From Macrostomum lignano (Eukaryota), in the NCBI GenBank assembly GCA_002269645.1, contig NIVC01001258.1, positions 75,587 to 139,586 on the forward strand: DNA of 64,000 nt. The letters run 5' to 3'. The notes under the pieces are model-generated. The model saw only the letters and a list, made by a program, of their open reading frames with translations, was not told the DNA's origin and made no database searches. Shown piece by piece: positions 1 through 19,849 of this stretch. Positions within the stretch are counted from its first letter, which is position 1; the number at the start of each line of letters is the position of its first letter. Made by a program: the position numbers and the translations under genes.

Positions 1-77
1 TCTCGCCAGTTGTGTGCCAATGTCACTTAAAGTGCGCCAGGGTGCATACAACCCCCCTGCCTCTAATAAAAAAAATT

Positions 78-380
78 AGCCAGCAGTCCTGCTCCACTGC
101 CGGTCAAATAAGCCTATCACTATTTAGCCGGCAGTCCTGCTCCACTGCCAGTCAAATAAGCCTGTCACTATTTAGCTGTCAGTCCTACTGAGTCCTCCCC
201 ACTGCCGGTCAAATAGTGACCAGCAGTGATTGGCTTATTTGACCGGCATGGCCATTAGGGGCTAGGATTGCCAGCTAAATAGTGATAGGCTTATTTGACC
301 AGCAGTGGGGTAGGACTGCTGGCTAAATAGTAGCAAACTTATTTGGCCGGTGCCGGCTAAATAAGCACTGCCAAATAAGA
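78..380. repeat. Foldback-like repeat of a ~48-bp unit: direct copies followed by inverted copies
   Basis: The unit agccagcagtcctgctccactgccggtcaaataagcctatcactattt recurs at ~78, ~126 and partly ~174. Its reverse complement (…aaatagtgataggcttatttgacc…) recurs at ~225-365. Confidence 0.7.
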
Positions 381-1311
381 AACTATTAAATTGATACATT
401 CTTTATTTTCACTAAAGGTTGCCCTATAGTTTTATAATTAGATACATTATTACACCTCAAATTATATCAGAAGAATAGCCATAGTGTATAGGTTTTATTT
501 AAAGAAAGATACTGGCTATCCTAAAGAGAATGCTCTATATATAAATGTAAAATTGTAATGTAAAATTAAAATTAATGTAAAATTAAAAACTATATTCATG
601 TTAATTTTTTTTTATATCTAAAATTGATAAAATCTACAAAGCAATAATCTGTCTTCAGATTGTCTTATTGCCGGATTGACTAGAAGTCAGCCCCCTATAA
701 TATAAGCTTTGATTGATAGATTTATCTTTTTCATGTGATATGGTTATATTGCTATAGGCCTAGTTATAGATATATTCTAAATAATTATTTAGAATTAGAA
801 CATGTAGGCCTATTAGTATCAAATCCAAAAATTATGATTTTTCATTATCATATTTTGCATTTTATTCCAAGCTAGTAGAATCCATAGTTCATTTTGAATT
901 TTACCATTCTACTGCAGATTCCATATTTTAATAGATACCAAGATTGTCTAAGACTAAGAATAAAACATATGTGGCCAGAAATATGATGGTTTTTTTATTG
1001 TGCCAATAAAAACTAGATATATATTTTGAATTTTATTTTTTGTGAAAAGTATTTTCCTTTCTAATTCTTTTTTAAATGCTCTATGCAATTTTTTTGCTCA
1101 ATAGAAGAAATTGATAATTTCAGTTGGTTGTCAATTTATTATTTTTATTGATTTAGTCAAATAACTTTACTCAACATTAAAATAAAAAATTAAAAAAATG
1201 CATGCATACAACCTGTTGTTAGTCTCTAAAAATAACATAGAACTGTACTTTATTTTCTAGTAGTCATAACAGTGCTAATGGACTGTTGAAGTATTGGATT
1301 CCTCCTGTTAA

Positions 1312-2917
<1,606 letters not shown>

Positions 2918-3736
2918 ACGCCAACTTTTGACTGCGGCATCCTCTTCCGAAGCGTTCTTAACAATTTATTTTTTACCTCTAATTATAAATAATCATATTT
3001 TTGTGTTTAAAATGTATCTGTATTATATTATATTATATTACTAAGTAGCTGAGTAGTATCATAGGCGAGTGTGTGTGCATTTTTTAAAACTTTCGCCTAA
3101 TGTATATTTTGGAGTATTTAATGCCGTATAAGAATTGGATTTCCGATTCAGCGCTGGTGACACCCGCGCCCATGGACCTGACTGATACAGTAGAAAACTC
3201 GCTTTTAAATTTATACAGTAGAGCAAATTTGTCAAAAACTGATGCACTTGTTGCTGCTGTTAAATAGAAATGAAAACAAATTTGCTCGACAATCTGCTCG
3301 TTGCATTCATTCGATTGAAAAGTGCGTTAACTAAACACGTGAAAATTGTTCCTGGCAACTTTTGTTATTTTTAATTTATTAGTTATTTTATAAATGAATA
3401 AATTTGAAGTATAGTTGCACTATAAAGCAGGCCTGTTAATTAATTTAAATAAAATAAATTAGTTGATTGCCACTATTATAACGGACTTTCGCTAAGCGTC
3501 ATGGTGATATATTTAATAGTAAAAAATAAACCATTAATTTTCAACTGAAACTTTTTTCCGTGCGTTTAAATCTTTTTGTAAGTGTTCTGAAAATTATTCA
3601 ACATTATCGATTATTACTACTTACTAAAATAGCTAGATATCTACTCTTTTTAGTAGCAAAAATGGCGTTTTTGATTTTATATTTGAAGGACTGAAAAACA
3701 GTATTAAATTTTACAAGATATTTAAAGCTTTTAAAG

Positions 3737-4090
3737 CGCCAGTCCCCAGCCAGACCGATAAACAGTTTGGCTTTCCAATTTCCCGCGTGTCCGCCTAACC
3801 TCCATCCCTACTGCTCTCTCATTGGCTGAGCTAGATTGGGCCGGCTGAGTTTTTGTCCGTCTGACTTGGACCTCTCTCCTTACTGCTCTCTCATTGGCTG
3901 AGCTAGATTAGGCCTGCCCTCTAGGCTGAGTTTTCGTCCATCTGACTTTGACCTCTCTCCTTACTGCTCTCTCATTGGCTGAGCTAGATTAGGCCTGCCC
4001 TCTAGGCTGAGTTTTCGTCCATCTGACTTTGACCTCTCTCCTTACTGCTCTCTCATTGGCTGAGCTAGATTGGACCTGCCCCCTAGGCTG
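3737..4090. mobile_element. Dispersed repeat with an internal ~81-bp tandem subunit (copy 1)
   Basis: ccagccagaccgataaacagtttggctttcc is followed by about 4 units containing tactgctctctcattggctgagctaga. A homologous copy lies at ~40925-41130. Confidence 0.65.
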
Positions 4091-4117
4091 AAGCTCGTCC
4101 GCCTTGCGTTCACTTGT

Positions 4118-4270
4118 ATGGCTGAAGGACAGACAGACAGGCCAAGAGACAGGCTGAAGGACAGACAGACAGGCCAAGAGACAGGCTGAAGGACAGACAG
4201 ACAGGCCAAGAGACAGGCTGAAGGACAGACAGACAGGCCAAGAGACAGGCTGAAGGACAGACAGCTGAGA
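4118..4270 (+). repeat. 32-bp minisatellite
   Basis: GGCTGAAGGACAGACAGACAGGCCAAGAGACA, about 4.5 copies. Confidence 0.9.
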
Positions 4271-4503
4271 GACTGGGAGGTGTTCCATAGTACTGATCAA
4301 TTATCGCACGCCTGTACAAGCGCATCAACTTTGAACAAAATAAGTAACACAACTCTGCCTATTTTTTTGCTGTCGGCAACTTGCTTATAACTAAAGCTGG
4401 TGATTATGTTTTGAAATTTTAATTACCGATATCTGACAAGCAGTTTATTAACAGGTTTGTTAACGTATTCTCTAAAGAGTTTTTATTAATCAAACAGCAC
4501 TGT

Positions 4504-5887
4504 TTAACCAAGCAGCACAGCCGTGCAGCAGAAGAGAGGGTACTGCGCCACGGAGGCCATCGCGACAATCCACAGGGACACCAATAAGCGTCCAACTCCG
4601 CTGCTCTCGTCTTCGACTAAGCGGCTGCTCACCTTCTCCACGCCCCATTTGCTTAGGCAGGCCTCTCCGGAACAGCATTTCCAATCCGCTTCGTTGCACT
4701 GCGCCTCCTCTAGACACCGCGTCTCATCGGTCTTCAGGTTCACGCCGCAGCGTTTCGGCTGATTGCAGGGCTGTGTGAGCGTGTAGAAATCTGATTCATA
4801 TAGACTTTAGTCTAGGGCACAAGTCTCCTCTCTGCATTCGGCATCTTTTCTATTACACTTCTGCATTTTCATCTCTCTCTGATCCCTATATTCCCATCTC
4901 CTCTCTAATATCCCTGTATTCCCATCTCCTCTCTGATCCCTATATTCCCATCTCCTCTCTCTGATCCCTGTATTCCCATCTCCCCTCTCTGATCCCTATA
5001 TTCCCATCTCCTCTCTGATCCCTATATTCCCATCTCCTCTCTCTGATCCCTATATTCCCATCTCCCCTCTCTGATCCCTATATTCCCATCTCCTCTCTGA
5101 TCCCTATATTCCCATCTCCTCTCTCTGATCCCTATATTCCCATCTCCCCTCTCTGATCCCTATATTCCCATCTCCTCTCTGATCCCTGTATTCCCATCTC
5201 CCCTCTCTGATCCCTGTATTCCCATCTATCTCTGATCCCTGTATTCCCATCTCCCCTCTCTGATCCTTGTATTCCCATATCCTCTCTAATGGGAATTCCT
5301 GTATTCTCAACTCCCATCTTCCTTGTATAATTGACATTAACTTAAATAGAAAACAATGACTCAAATCGTTGATGCAGTTACGAGCATATACTCTTCTTAA
5401 TTTCATTAATCTTGGAGAAAAACGGGATGCTTTAGAACAATACAGGTCTCATGGGATCACGTACCTTGATATCATCATTCGCTGTAGAATTTTCACCCTT
5501 AGAAATGTAGCAAAATCTCCGAGACATCAGGGTGGCAGCGGTGTTGCACATGTTGCTTGTGCAACACTCCATCTCGTTCCAGTACTGATCCTGCTTCCGC
5601 AACGGGCACTCTACAGCGCAGTCGAAGATGTACCTGCCGAAAAACTGATTGTCGATGCAATTGGTCACGGCGCTATTATTTTGCGTCTTATACGGCTTCA
5701 CAATGGTTCGACAGGCTCTGGCCAGAGGCCCGCAATCAACGTCGTGCGCCGTTGAACCTATTGAAGTTTTGAAGCATCGTATGGCGAGAACTGGCTTGAA
5801 CAGAACCAGTTGGTGTACAATACACACAGCTAGCCAATAGGCTGTCAATCTGCCTGATCGGCTACTTTTCCGCGTCGATAACGGCAT
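4504..5887 (-). CDS. Ly6/uPAR (three-finger) protein with two LU-like domains, signal peptide and hydrophobic C-tail, ~229 aa; exons 5887-5465, 4770-4504
   Basis: Signal-like LTAYWLAVCIVHQLVLFKPVLA. Domain 1 runs IRCF…ECCTSNMCN; domain 2 runs FCYISK…DIK|PCNQPKRCG…RCLEEAQC…KCCSGEACL across a phase-0 intron (AAG|gtac … acacag|CCC). The hydrophobic tail is consistent with a GPI signal or TM helix. Confidence 0.75.
4872..5290. repeat. 27-29-bp minisatellite in the Ly6 intron
   Basis: Tandem tctctgatccct(a/g)tattcccatctcc(c)t. Confidence 0.92.
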
Positions 5888-6526
5888 TCAGTTCTCCTCT
5901 ATTTTCATTTACGTCGTATAACAAACAGTTTATTAGTTGAATTGAAACAGTGGATTCAGATAGTATAGCTAACCACCTTCAAGTAAATACAGAGTTGGAA
6001 AAAAGTTAGGCAATGCTTTTTACCATAGACTCTACAGCAAAGTTTTGAAGATCTATCGTTACTTTACACTTCTGTGTCAAGATTTTAGCTGGCTTTGCCA
6101 TAGACAGTACAGCCAGTGTATGTACACTTCTAGCTTTATTGTACATATACTGCCTTTAATCTGTTGATCGATGTTGTAGAAATGGGCAAATTATAATAGT
6201 GCGCGTATGAGCTATGGTACCGCGAAAAATGACAGACTACGAACGGCGGACTCTCAGCGCGACATCCTACAGGATCCCTCATAACCGCCAAAATGTCTCA
6301 AAGTTAGCCGTATCCAAGCAAATAGTAGGATCACTGTGCCAATTGGCGTCAGTCAAAAAGTTTAAAAACCAAATAAAATAGCAGCACCTCTGCCCTGCAG
6401 ACCCCATGTTTACAGATTACTCAAATTTGACGTCCTGAGAGACGTTCTTAAAATCCTGATAATCTAAATTACTATGAAACTATTATATAGCTTTTTTCAG
6501 TTCATTTGGGCTTCCGCGCATTAAAT

Positions 6527-7098
6527 TTAATCCAAGATATGTTTGCAAAAGTAATGGAGCTTTTGTCTATGGTAGCAAGGCTGGCACAACGGCATTTAAT
6601 CTGGTCCAACAAGCATCAATTTAGTTCATAGCTTCATCTGCAACTGCTGCGGAGGAGAAGCAAGATTAGCCATATGCTAGGCTGTCGAACGAATGCCATT
6701 GGCTTGTGATCGAAGCACTCGATAGAGGTGAACACCAAAAGGACATTGCAAGATTGCCAGAGCCTCAGGTCCAACTGCTACTCTTTGCAATTGAGACGAA
6801 CCCTTTGTTGACGTTACAGAAAATGCAGCAGAAGTTGAAGGAACAGTTCCAGTTGGCCATCGGACTTCGACTATCAGCAGAGCTCTGGAAAAGCGACTGA
6901 AAACTGTTGGTTAGACACGCTGACATTCCAGCGGTGCGCAACAACCTGCAGACGGTTGCTAGAAGGCAAGAGCTTGCCGAATGGCTCACGCGCGTTTGGA
7001 TCAAATTGATGCTTGTTGGACCAAATTAAATGTCACTGCGCCAGCCTTGCTGCCATGGACAAAAGCTCCGCTACATTGGAAAGCGTATCTTGGATTAA
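6527..7098 (+). mobile_element. Internally deleted Tc1/mariner-IS630-like element with ~76-96-bp imperfect terminal inverted repeats
   Basis: The left arm ttaatccaagata…ggagcttttgtctatggtagcaaggctggc…ggtccaacaagcatcaattt is mirrored at 7003-7098. Inside are YARLSNECHWLVIEALDRGEHQKDIAR / LLFAIETNPLLTLQKMQQKL and, after frameshifts, …PAVRNNLQTVARRQELAEWL, typical of IS630/Tc1 N-terminal HTH regions. No DDE domain is present. Both ends are TTAA (TA or TTAA TSD). Confidence 0.65.
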
Positions 7099-7168
7099 GT
7101 AAATAATAAACGCCGTTTAATTCGCATTCTGTGGTTAGAATGTCCGAGGCTGCATTTAATGGGTGGTT

Positions 7169-7252
7169 GTCTGGAATTGAGATTTCAGTTAATAACGAGC
7201 GTGCGTAGCGCGAGTGTCAATTTGACCATTAACTGAAATCTCAATTCCAGAC
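7169..7252. other. DNA hairpin: perfect 25-bp arms, 34-nt loop
   Basis: gtctggaattgagatttcagttaat (7169-7193) and attaactgaaatctcaattccagac (7228-7252). Confidence 0.9.
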
Positions 7253-7438
7253 GACATCATTGTCCAAATTGTCAGCTAGGGGTTAGAAATCAAAGTGGGT
7301 GGGGGACGGAAATAGGGGTGTGGATTTCACCCACATCTTAATATCTGCCACGTCTATGGTAGAAGCCAAGGGTCAGAAAAAATCAGTTAGTTCAGTTCCA
7401 GACAACGGCAGAACACACGAAATCACAGAGAATGATAT

Positions 7439-8050
7439 GTCTATGGTCAAGATGACGGAGTTTTAGAGTCGCTGTTCATCGGGCGAGTAGAATCAATTTC
7501 ATAGAGTCGCGATAGAATGGAAGGCATTCATTTTCCAATCAATCTGCCTATCGACGAATTAGGCAATGTCGACTCGTTCGAACTGAACTTTATTTCCGAG
7601 ACTTCAAACATCGACCGACGCGACGACGACTTTGCCGCGTTCCTTGACTACATTCAAAGTGATCGTTCTAACGATGAACTGCCGTGCCTAGATGGCGAGC
7701 AACTTGATGTTAACGAGATGGATCGAGTAGAAATTGAAAGCCTACCTGCCGAAACGAGGAAGCAGATGTACATTCACGGTGAACGCTTCCTTAATTTCCT
7801 AGCGAGTGAGAAACTACGATAGTCGCGACAACCCTGTGGCTAAGTTCAGTTTCAATGGATGCACCTTTAATCAATGCAAGTTCAACTAAATTTTGTGAGA
7901 CATTTGTGCGACGAATTAACTATAGCTAAAAGTGTGCTTTTGATTGTTATATGTTAAGTTTAAAATATACGCGTTAACTTAAAAAATTATACCACTTCTA
8001 AAAATTCCAAACAATGACCGGTCATTGCCTTGAACTAAATTACCATAGAC
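7439..8050 (+). mobile_element. Internally deleted Crypton-like (tyrosine-recombinase) element
   Basis: ORF 7517-7822 is an acidic N-terminus ending IESLPAETRKQMYIHGERFLNFL. In the +1 frame it continues SRDNPVAKFSFNGCTFNQCKFN*, resembling the N- and C-termini of CryptonA/DUF3504 proteins with the catalytic core missing. It is bracketed by GTCTATGG (7439) and CCATAGAC (8043). Family assignment is by recalled motif similarity. Confidence 0.5.
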
Positions 8051-8452
8051 ATTTTGAACAATGGTCCCGAGGCGAGCAAACGATATTGAAGCACTTGATT
8101 TGTATTTCAAAATTAACATTAAAACACTAATTGTAATCGCATGCAAGACAGTTGAAAAAAACTATAAACTTCAGTCATAGCTATGCCCGCTACATACTAC
8201 TATAAAAAGGTAATTTGCCGGTAGCTTAAATATTATTGCACCAATAGGAAGCAAAACGGTTTCTATATTATTAGCGAAAAGAACTATCTTTATAAAATAC
8301 ACAGAGCTAAAAGGCGGGCGGTTACAAAACAGGCTTCGTTAAAAAACGTGACAAAAAGCAAATTATACTACTTAATCAACTGCTTATTCTAAGTTGCGCA
8401 AATCCAAATGTGTGATAGATTCGAGTTACAGTGAAAAATTAAACACGCCAGT

Positions 8453-14805
<6,353 letters not shown>

Positions 14806-14913
14806 GCCTGTCAGGTTGCGGCCCCAGAAGCTGCGTAGTCGACGAAGGCAGGGGTTTGAACCGTCGGGCTGGACTTCGACTCTGAGAGAGGGTGGCTTTT
14901 CCTTGCGGTTGCA

Positions 14914-15846
<933 letters not shown>

Positions 15847-16574
15847 TAGGTAGATCAGACCGAGCCTTGAGCTGACCAAAAAATGTAGGCCCAAGCGTCT
15901 CATCATCTTTAAAAAGCGAATCTTTCTAACAAATCTGTTACCTGATTGTCCTCTCGGCTCTTGCCATCGTGCAGTGCTCAGAAACGTTCTATGTTGCTTT
16001 AACTTGAAAACTTTTTGTTCTTCTCTTTATTCTCGCTCAGTTGACCTCTATTTTAAGTATACTTCTTACACTGCACAGAAACAGGAGTCCAGAGCCAACC
16101 GACATGCAAGCATGACCCACGCTCTGGTCTCCGCACTCCCCAGCCCTCTAATAAAATTGAGTTCAGCAGAGGAGGCAAACAACTCTGCGCAGAACTCACC
16201 GCACAAGCATAAAGAAGCACATATTCTCTGTCCAAACTCTCAGCTGCTTCTCTCAATCCTTTCTTTCAATGCAAATGTTTTTCTTCCTAAGAATGCAAGC
16301 GAAAAAAAGCGTATTTAGCTCGAGGCTCTGTATACCCCCATATGTAGCGTATTTGTTGGCTGGCTTGAAATTAACTTTTTAAGTCCACCTGCTGAACCTG
16401 AGCACGCATCCGGTGCAGTGGCATGCTCCGCTGGTCACACCAAACCAATTCAAGTTGCAGCTCTATGTAATTTGTACTTTTATGCAAGATTAATAGTTAC
16501 TTATATATATTCCTTAAACCCGTATTAGACTTTAGAAAGAATATATTAAAGACGGAGCCCAGAAGCATAGGATC

Positions 16575-16815
16575 TTGGAGACTGGGATGGCCCAGCAACT
16601 GAGGATCTGGGAGGCTGGCCCAGCAACTGAGGATCTTGGAGACTGGGATGGCCCAGCAACAGAGGATCTGGAAGGCTGGCCCAGCAGCTGAGGATCTGGG
16701 AGGCTGGCCCAGCAGCTGAGGATCTGGGAGGCTGGCCCAGCAGCTGAGGATCTGGGAGGCTGGCCCAGCAACTGAGGATCTGGGAGGCTGGCCCAGCAAC
16801 TGAGGATCTGGGAGG
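16575..16815. repeat. 28-bp minisatellite, family X, array 1
   Basis: Tandem ggctggcccagca(a/g)ctgaggatctggga. Confidence 0.93.
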
Positions 16816-17649
16816 GTTGTGTCATAATCTCGTGATAAAATGAATATAGGTACAAAATTACAAAAAAGAACGAATTAATTGAAAACCTCAATAGCTTACC
16901 TCTGCTCGCTTATTGGATCTTGCTACGCGGCTAGCAGATGCAGAGAAAAGAACACCTTCCAACTTCTTGTTGAGGAATTCGACCAACAGATAAAGCTGGC
17001 CCTAGGGTGTGGAATCTTATAAGGATTTATAGTTGCAACTGCAAGCCAATGGCGATGAAGGGAGTTCAGGCGCAGGCGCACTGCACGGGTAGGAGCGGAG
17101 GGGAAGGAAAGACCTTTCATTTTGCCTACAGCGGGGGAAAGGACGCGCTGCTATGTACAATCCGTACACAAGGCTTGGGGGCAGCACTGACTGTGTACAC
17201 TGGTTTTCTCGGCATTAGGTAAGTTCCCCTTGAGGGATTGATTTCTGCAGCCAAATCTCTCCCCCAGCCGCTTTGGGATGAGGGGATAGACAAGAGCGGG
17301 GCTTCAGTTTAGTGTAGCTTCAGGATCAGAGATACCCAGTTAGTTTTTTTGAAAGAAGCGCAACTTACCATTCGATATGCCCATGATATTACTTTGGTTA
17401 GCTTATAGTTAATCTCGGCTATTGACTTTTGCAGCCGAAGAAAGTAAAATAATTAGGTAAACTTTAACCAAGCGTTGCAATAGCCAGGAAAGCACCAGTG
17501 TCTAAAAAACGACTTAAAGAACAGAAACTACTGTTAGTAGTGAGCAGTAGCAAACTACGAGTACTAAGATGTATTGTCATTGTAGAGTATTTCATTCTGA
17601 CCAGGCTATGTATCAGTGCCATGATCTGCCTTCCGATCTGGGATGGCGG

Positions 17650-18362
17650 CGGCCCAGCAACTGAGGATCTGGGAGGCTGACCCAGCAACTGAGAATCTGG
17701 GAGGCTGACCCAGCAACTGAGGATCTGAGAGGCTGGCCCAGCAGCTGAGGATCTGGGAGATTGGCCCAGCAACTGAGGATCTGGGAGACTGGCCAAGCAA
17801 CTGAGGATCTGGGGGGCTGACCCAGCAACTGAGGATCTGGGAGACTGGCCCAGCAACTGAGGATCTGGGAGGCTGGCCCAGCAACTGAGGATCTGTGAGA
17901 CTGGCCCAGCAACTGAGGATCTCAGAGGCTGGCCCAGCAACTGAGGATCTGGTAGATTGGCCCAGCAGCTGAGGATCTGGGAGACTGGCCCAGCAACTTG
18001 GGATCTGGGAGGCTGACCCAGCAACTGAGGATCTGTGAGACTGGCCCAGCAACTGAGGATCTGGGAGATTGGCCCAGCAACTGAGGATCTGGGAGACTGG
18101 CCCAGCAACTAAGGATCTCAGAGGCTGGCTTAGCAACTGAGGATCTGGGAGACTGGCCCAGCAACTAAGGATCTCAGAGGCTGGCCCAGCAACTGAGGAT
18201 CTGGGAGATTGGCCCAGCAACTGGGGATCTGGGAGGCTGGCCCAGCAACTGAGGATCTGGGAGGCTGACCCAGCAACTGAGGATCTGGAAGATTGGCCCA
18301 GCAACTGAGGATCTGGGAGACTGGCCCAGCAACTGAGGATCTGGGAGACTGGCCCAGCAACT
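17650..18362. repeat. 28-bp minisatellite, family X, array 2
   Basis: Same unit as 16575-16815. Confidence 0.95.
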
Positions 18363-18709
18363 GACACTCAGGTGTGCTGTGTGCTAGACAGTCAAACACA
18401 GGATGCGATTTGACGGCAAAAGCACAATATCGAACTGTTAGTCATAACCAGCACCAATTCCGCATCAAAAACACTGGAGACAAACAAACAAAAGCTTGCC
18501 AATTGAATAATTTTTCTTCCAATGAGCGCCACTGCGGCTCGCCAAATGAGAAACAGGGGATCGGCCAACTGTTCGCTGTTAATATTTATTTATTCGAGTT
18601 CTCGTTAACTACGAGTTCTCGTAGCCAATCAACAATAAGAACACTGGGAAACTCGCCGGCCATCTGTCAGAACCATCACTGGCTACTGAGCAATCAAACA
18701 AGCTGTCAG

Positions 18710-19165
18710 TTACGCAACCAGAGTCGAAGCGGTAGACGACTCGTACTTCCAGTTGCTAGGCAGAGTGCCCCGAGTCTTGTAGTACCTGGCCAATCGGTGA
18801 ATGCGACTCTCAACCAGAATCAGACGGAACTTCGAGTCCTTGTCCTTGCGATTGCGCTCCAGGTGCTTGCGAATGGCCACGGCCTTCTTGATGAGATAGT
18901 ACAGATCCTCTGGCAGGCTGGCGGCCAGGCCCTTGGCCTTCAGAATGCGCAGGATCTTGTTGCCGGCCACCCAGCGGGCCTGGGCGACACCATGCGAGTC
19001 CCTCAGGATGACACCAATCTGCGATGGTGTCAGGCCCTTCTTAGCCAGCTTGCAGATCTGATCGATGACGTCATCGGCGCTCAGTTTCAGCCAGAGCGGC
19101 ACAGAGCGACGATAGGGCAGAGCGGATTGGCTGAGGCCTTTGCCGGGTGTGTGCATGCGACCCAT
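18710..19165 (-). CDS. RPS13: 40S ribosomal protein S13 (uS15), 151 aa, intronless
   Basis: [28 protein letters not shown]…[19 protein letters not shown]…[22 protein letters not shown]…[19 protein letters not shown] on the minus strand at ~18594-18585; AG acceptor at ~19203 upstream of the ATG. Confidence 0.98.
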   Translation of the reverse strand: MGRMHTPGKGLSQSALPYRRSVPLWLKLSADDVIDQICKLAKKGLTPSQIGVILRDSHGVAQARWVAGNKILRILKAKGLAASLPEDLYYLIKKAVAIRKHLERNRKDKDSKFRLILVESRIHRLARYYKTRGTLPSNWKYESSTASTLVA

Positions 19166-19305
19166 GATTGGCTGGTTGGTTGTTGGTTAATCCGGCTAGC
19201 ACTGCAATGCGATAGACGGAGACAAATTTGTCTATTTTTATATATGTACTACTACTAACACTCACTATATTACTTGCTACTAGTACTATTTGAAGTCCGA
19301 CAAGA

Positions 19306-19668
19306 CTATTTAATATGAAGATTCTTCATTAACCATGAGCTACACACAAGGAGCTCGTAAAAGCTTGATGCAGGGAGGCATTTGATTAACCCAACCTTCC
19401 AATTAGCCAGACACAGGGCATCAAAGTGTAGCATCAGCCAAGTGAATATGGGTTTACAGTAAACTTTCAATGAAGGGCTCTGCCCAGAGCAGTAAATATT
19501 TTTCTTTAACCACAACTGTACACTAAAAATGGCAAATGTGTCATCAATGTATCTATTATGCATGTGATTCTGTATAGCCCATGGTTCTTTTTCTACTAAG
19601 AAGTCTGCTCTAATGAAAGTTCTCCAGCTTAATGGGTATCTGCTTGGTTTTATTAGCAGGCTTGTCAA
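19306..19668 (-). mobile_element. Penelope-like retroelement RT remnant
   Basis: RYIDDTFAIF and VYCKP…LHFDA…KVGLIKCL match the RT-to-GIY-YIG region of Penelope-like elements. The sequence is fragmentary. Confidence 0.6.
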
Positions 19669-19849
19669 TAGGCTTGTTACTAAGAAATTTTCAAAAACAA
19701 TCTGATGTTAAACAATGGGATATTATAATAACCCTCCTATGCTATGATATTGCTGTGTCAACTTTAATAAATAACACAAGAAGGCTTTTTCTAAATGTCT
19801 AAAATGATTGATTCACATTCCATACTTAAAAATAAACTCAAGCCAGTTG

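Noticed and set aside
16575-18362. CRISPR-like appearance of the 28-41-bp repeats
   Set aside because: The units are head-to-tail with no unique spacers, the context is eukaryotic and intronic, and there are no cas genes.
18374-19258. 294-aa plus-strand ORF
   Set aside because: Antisense shadow of RPS13 with no recognisable motifs.
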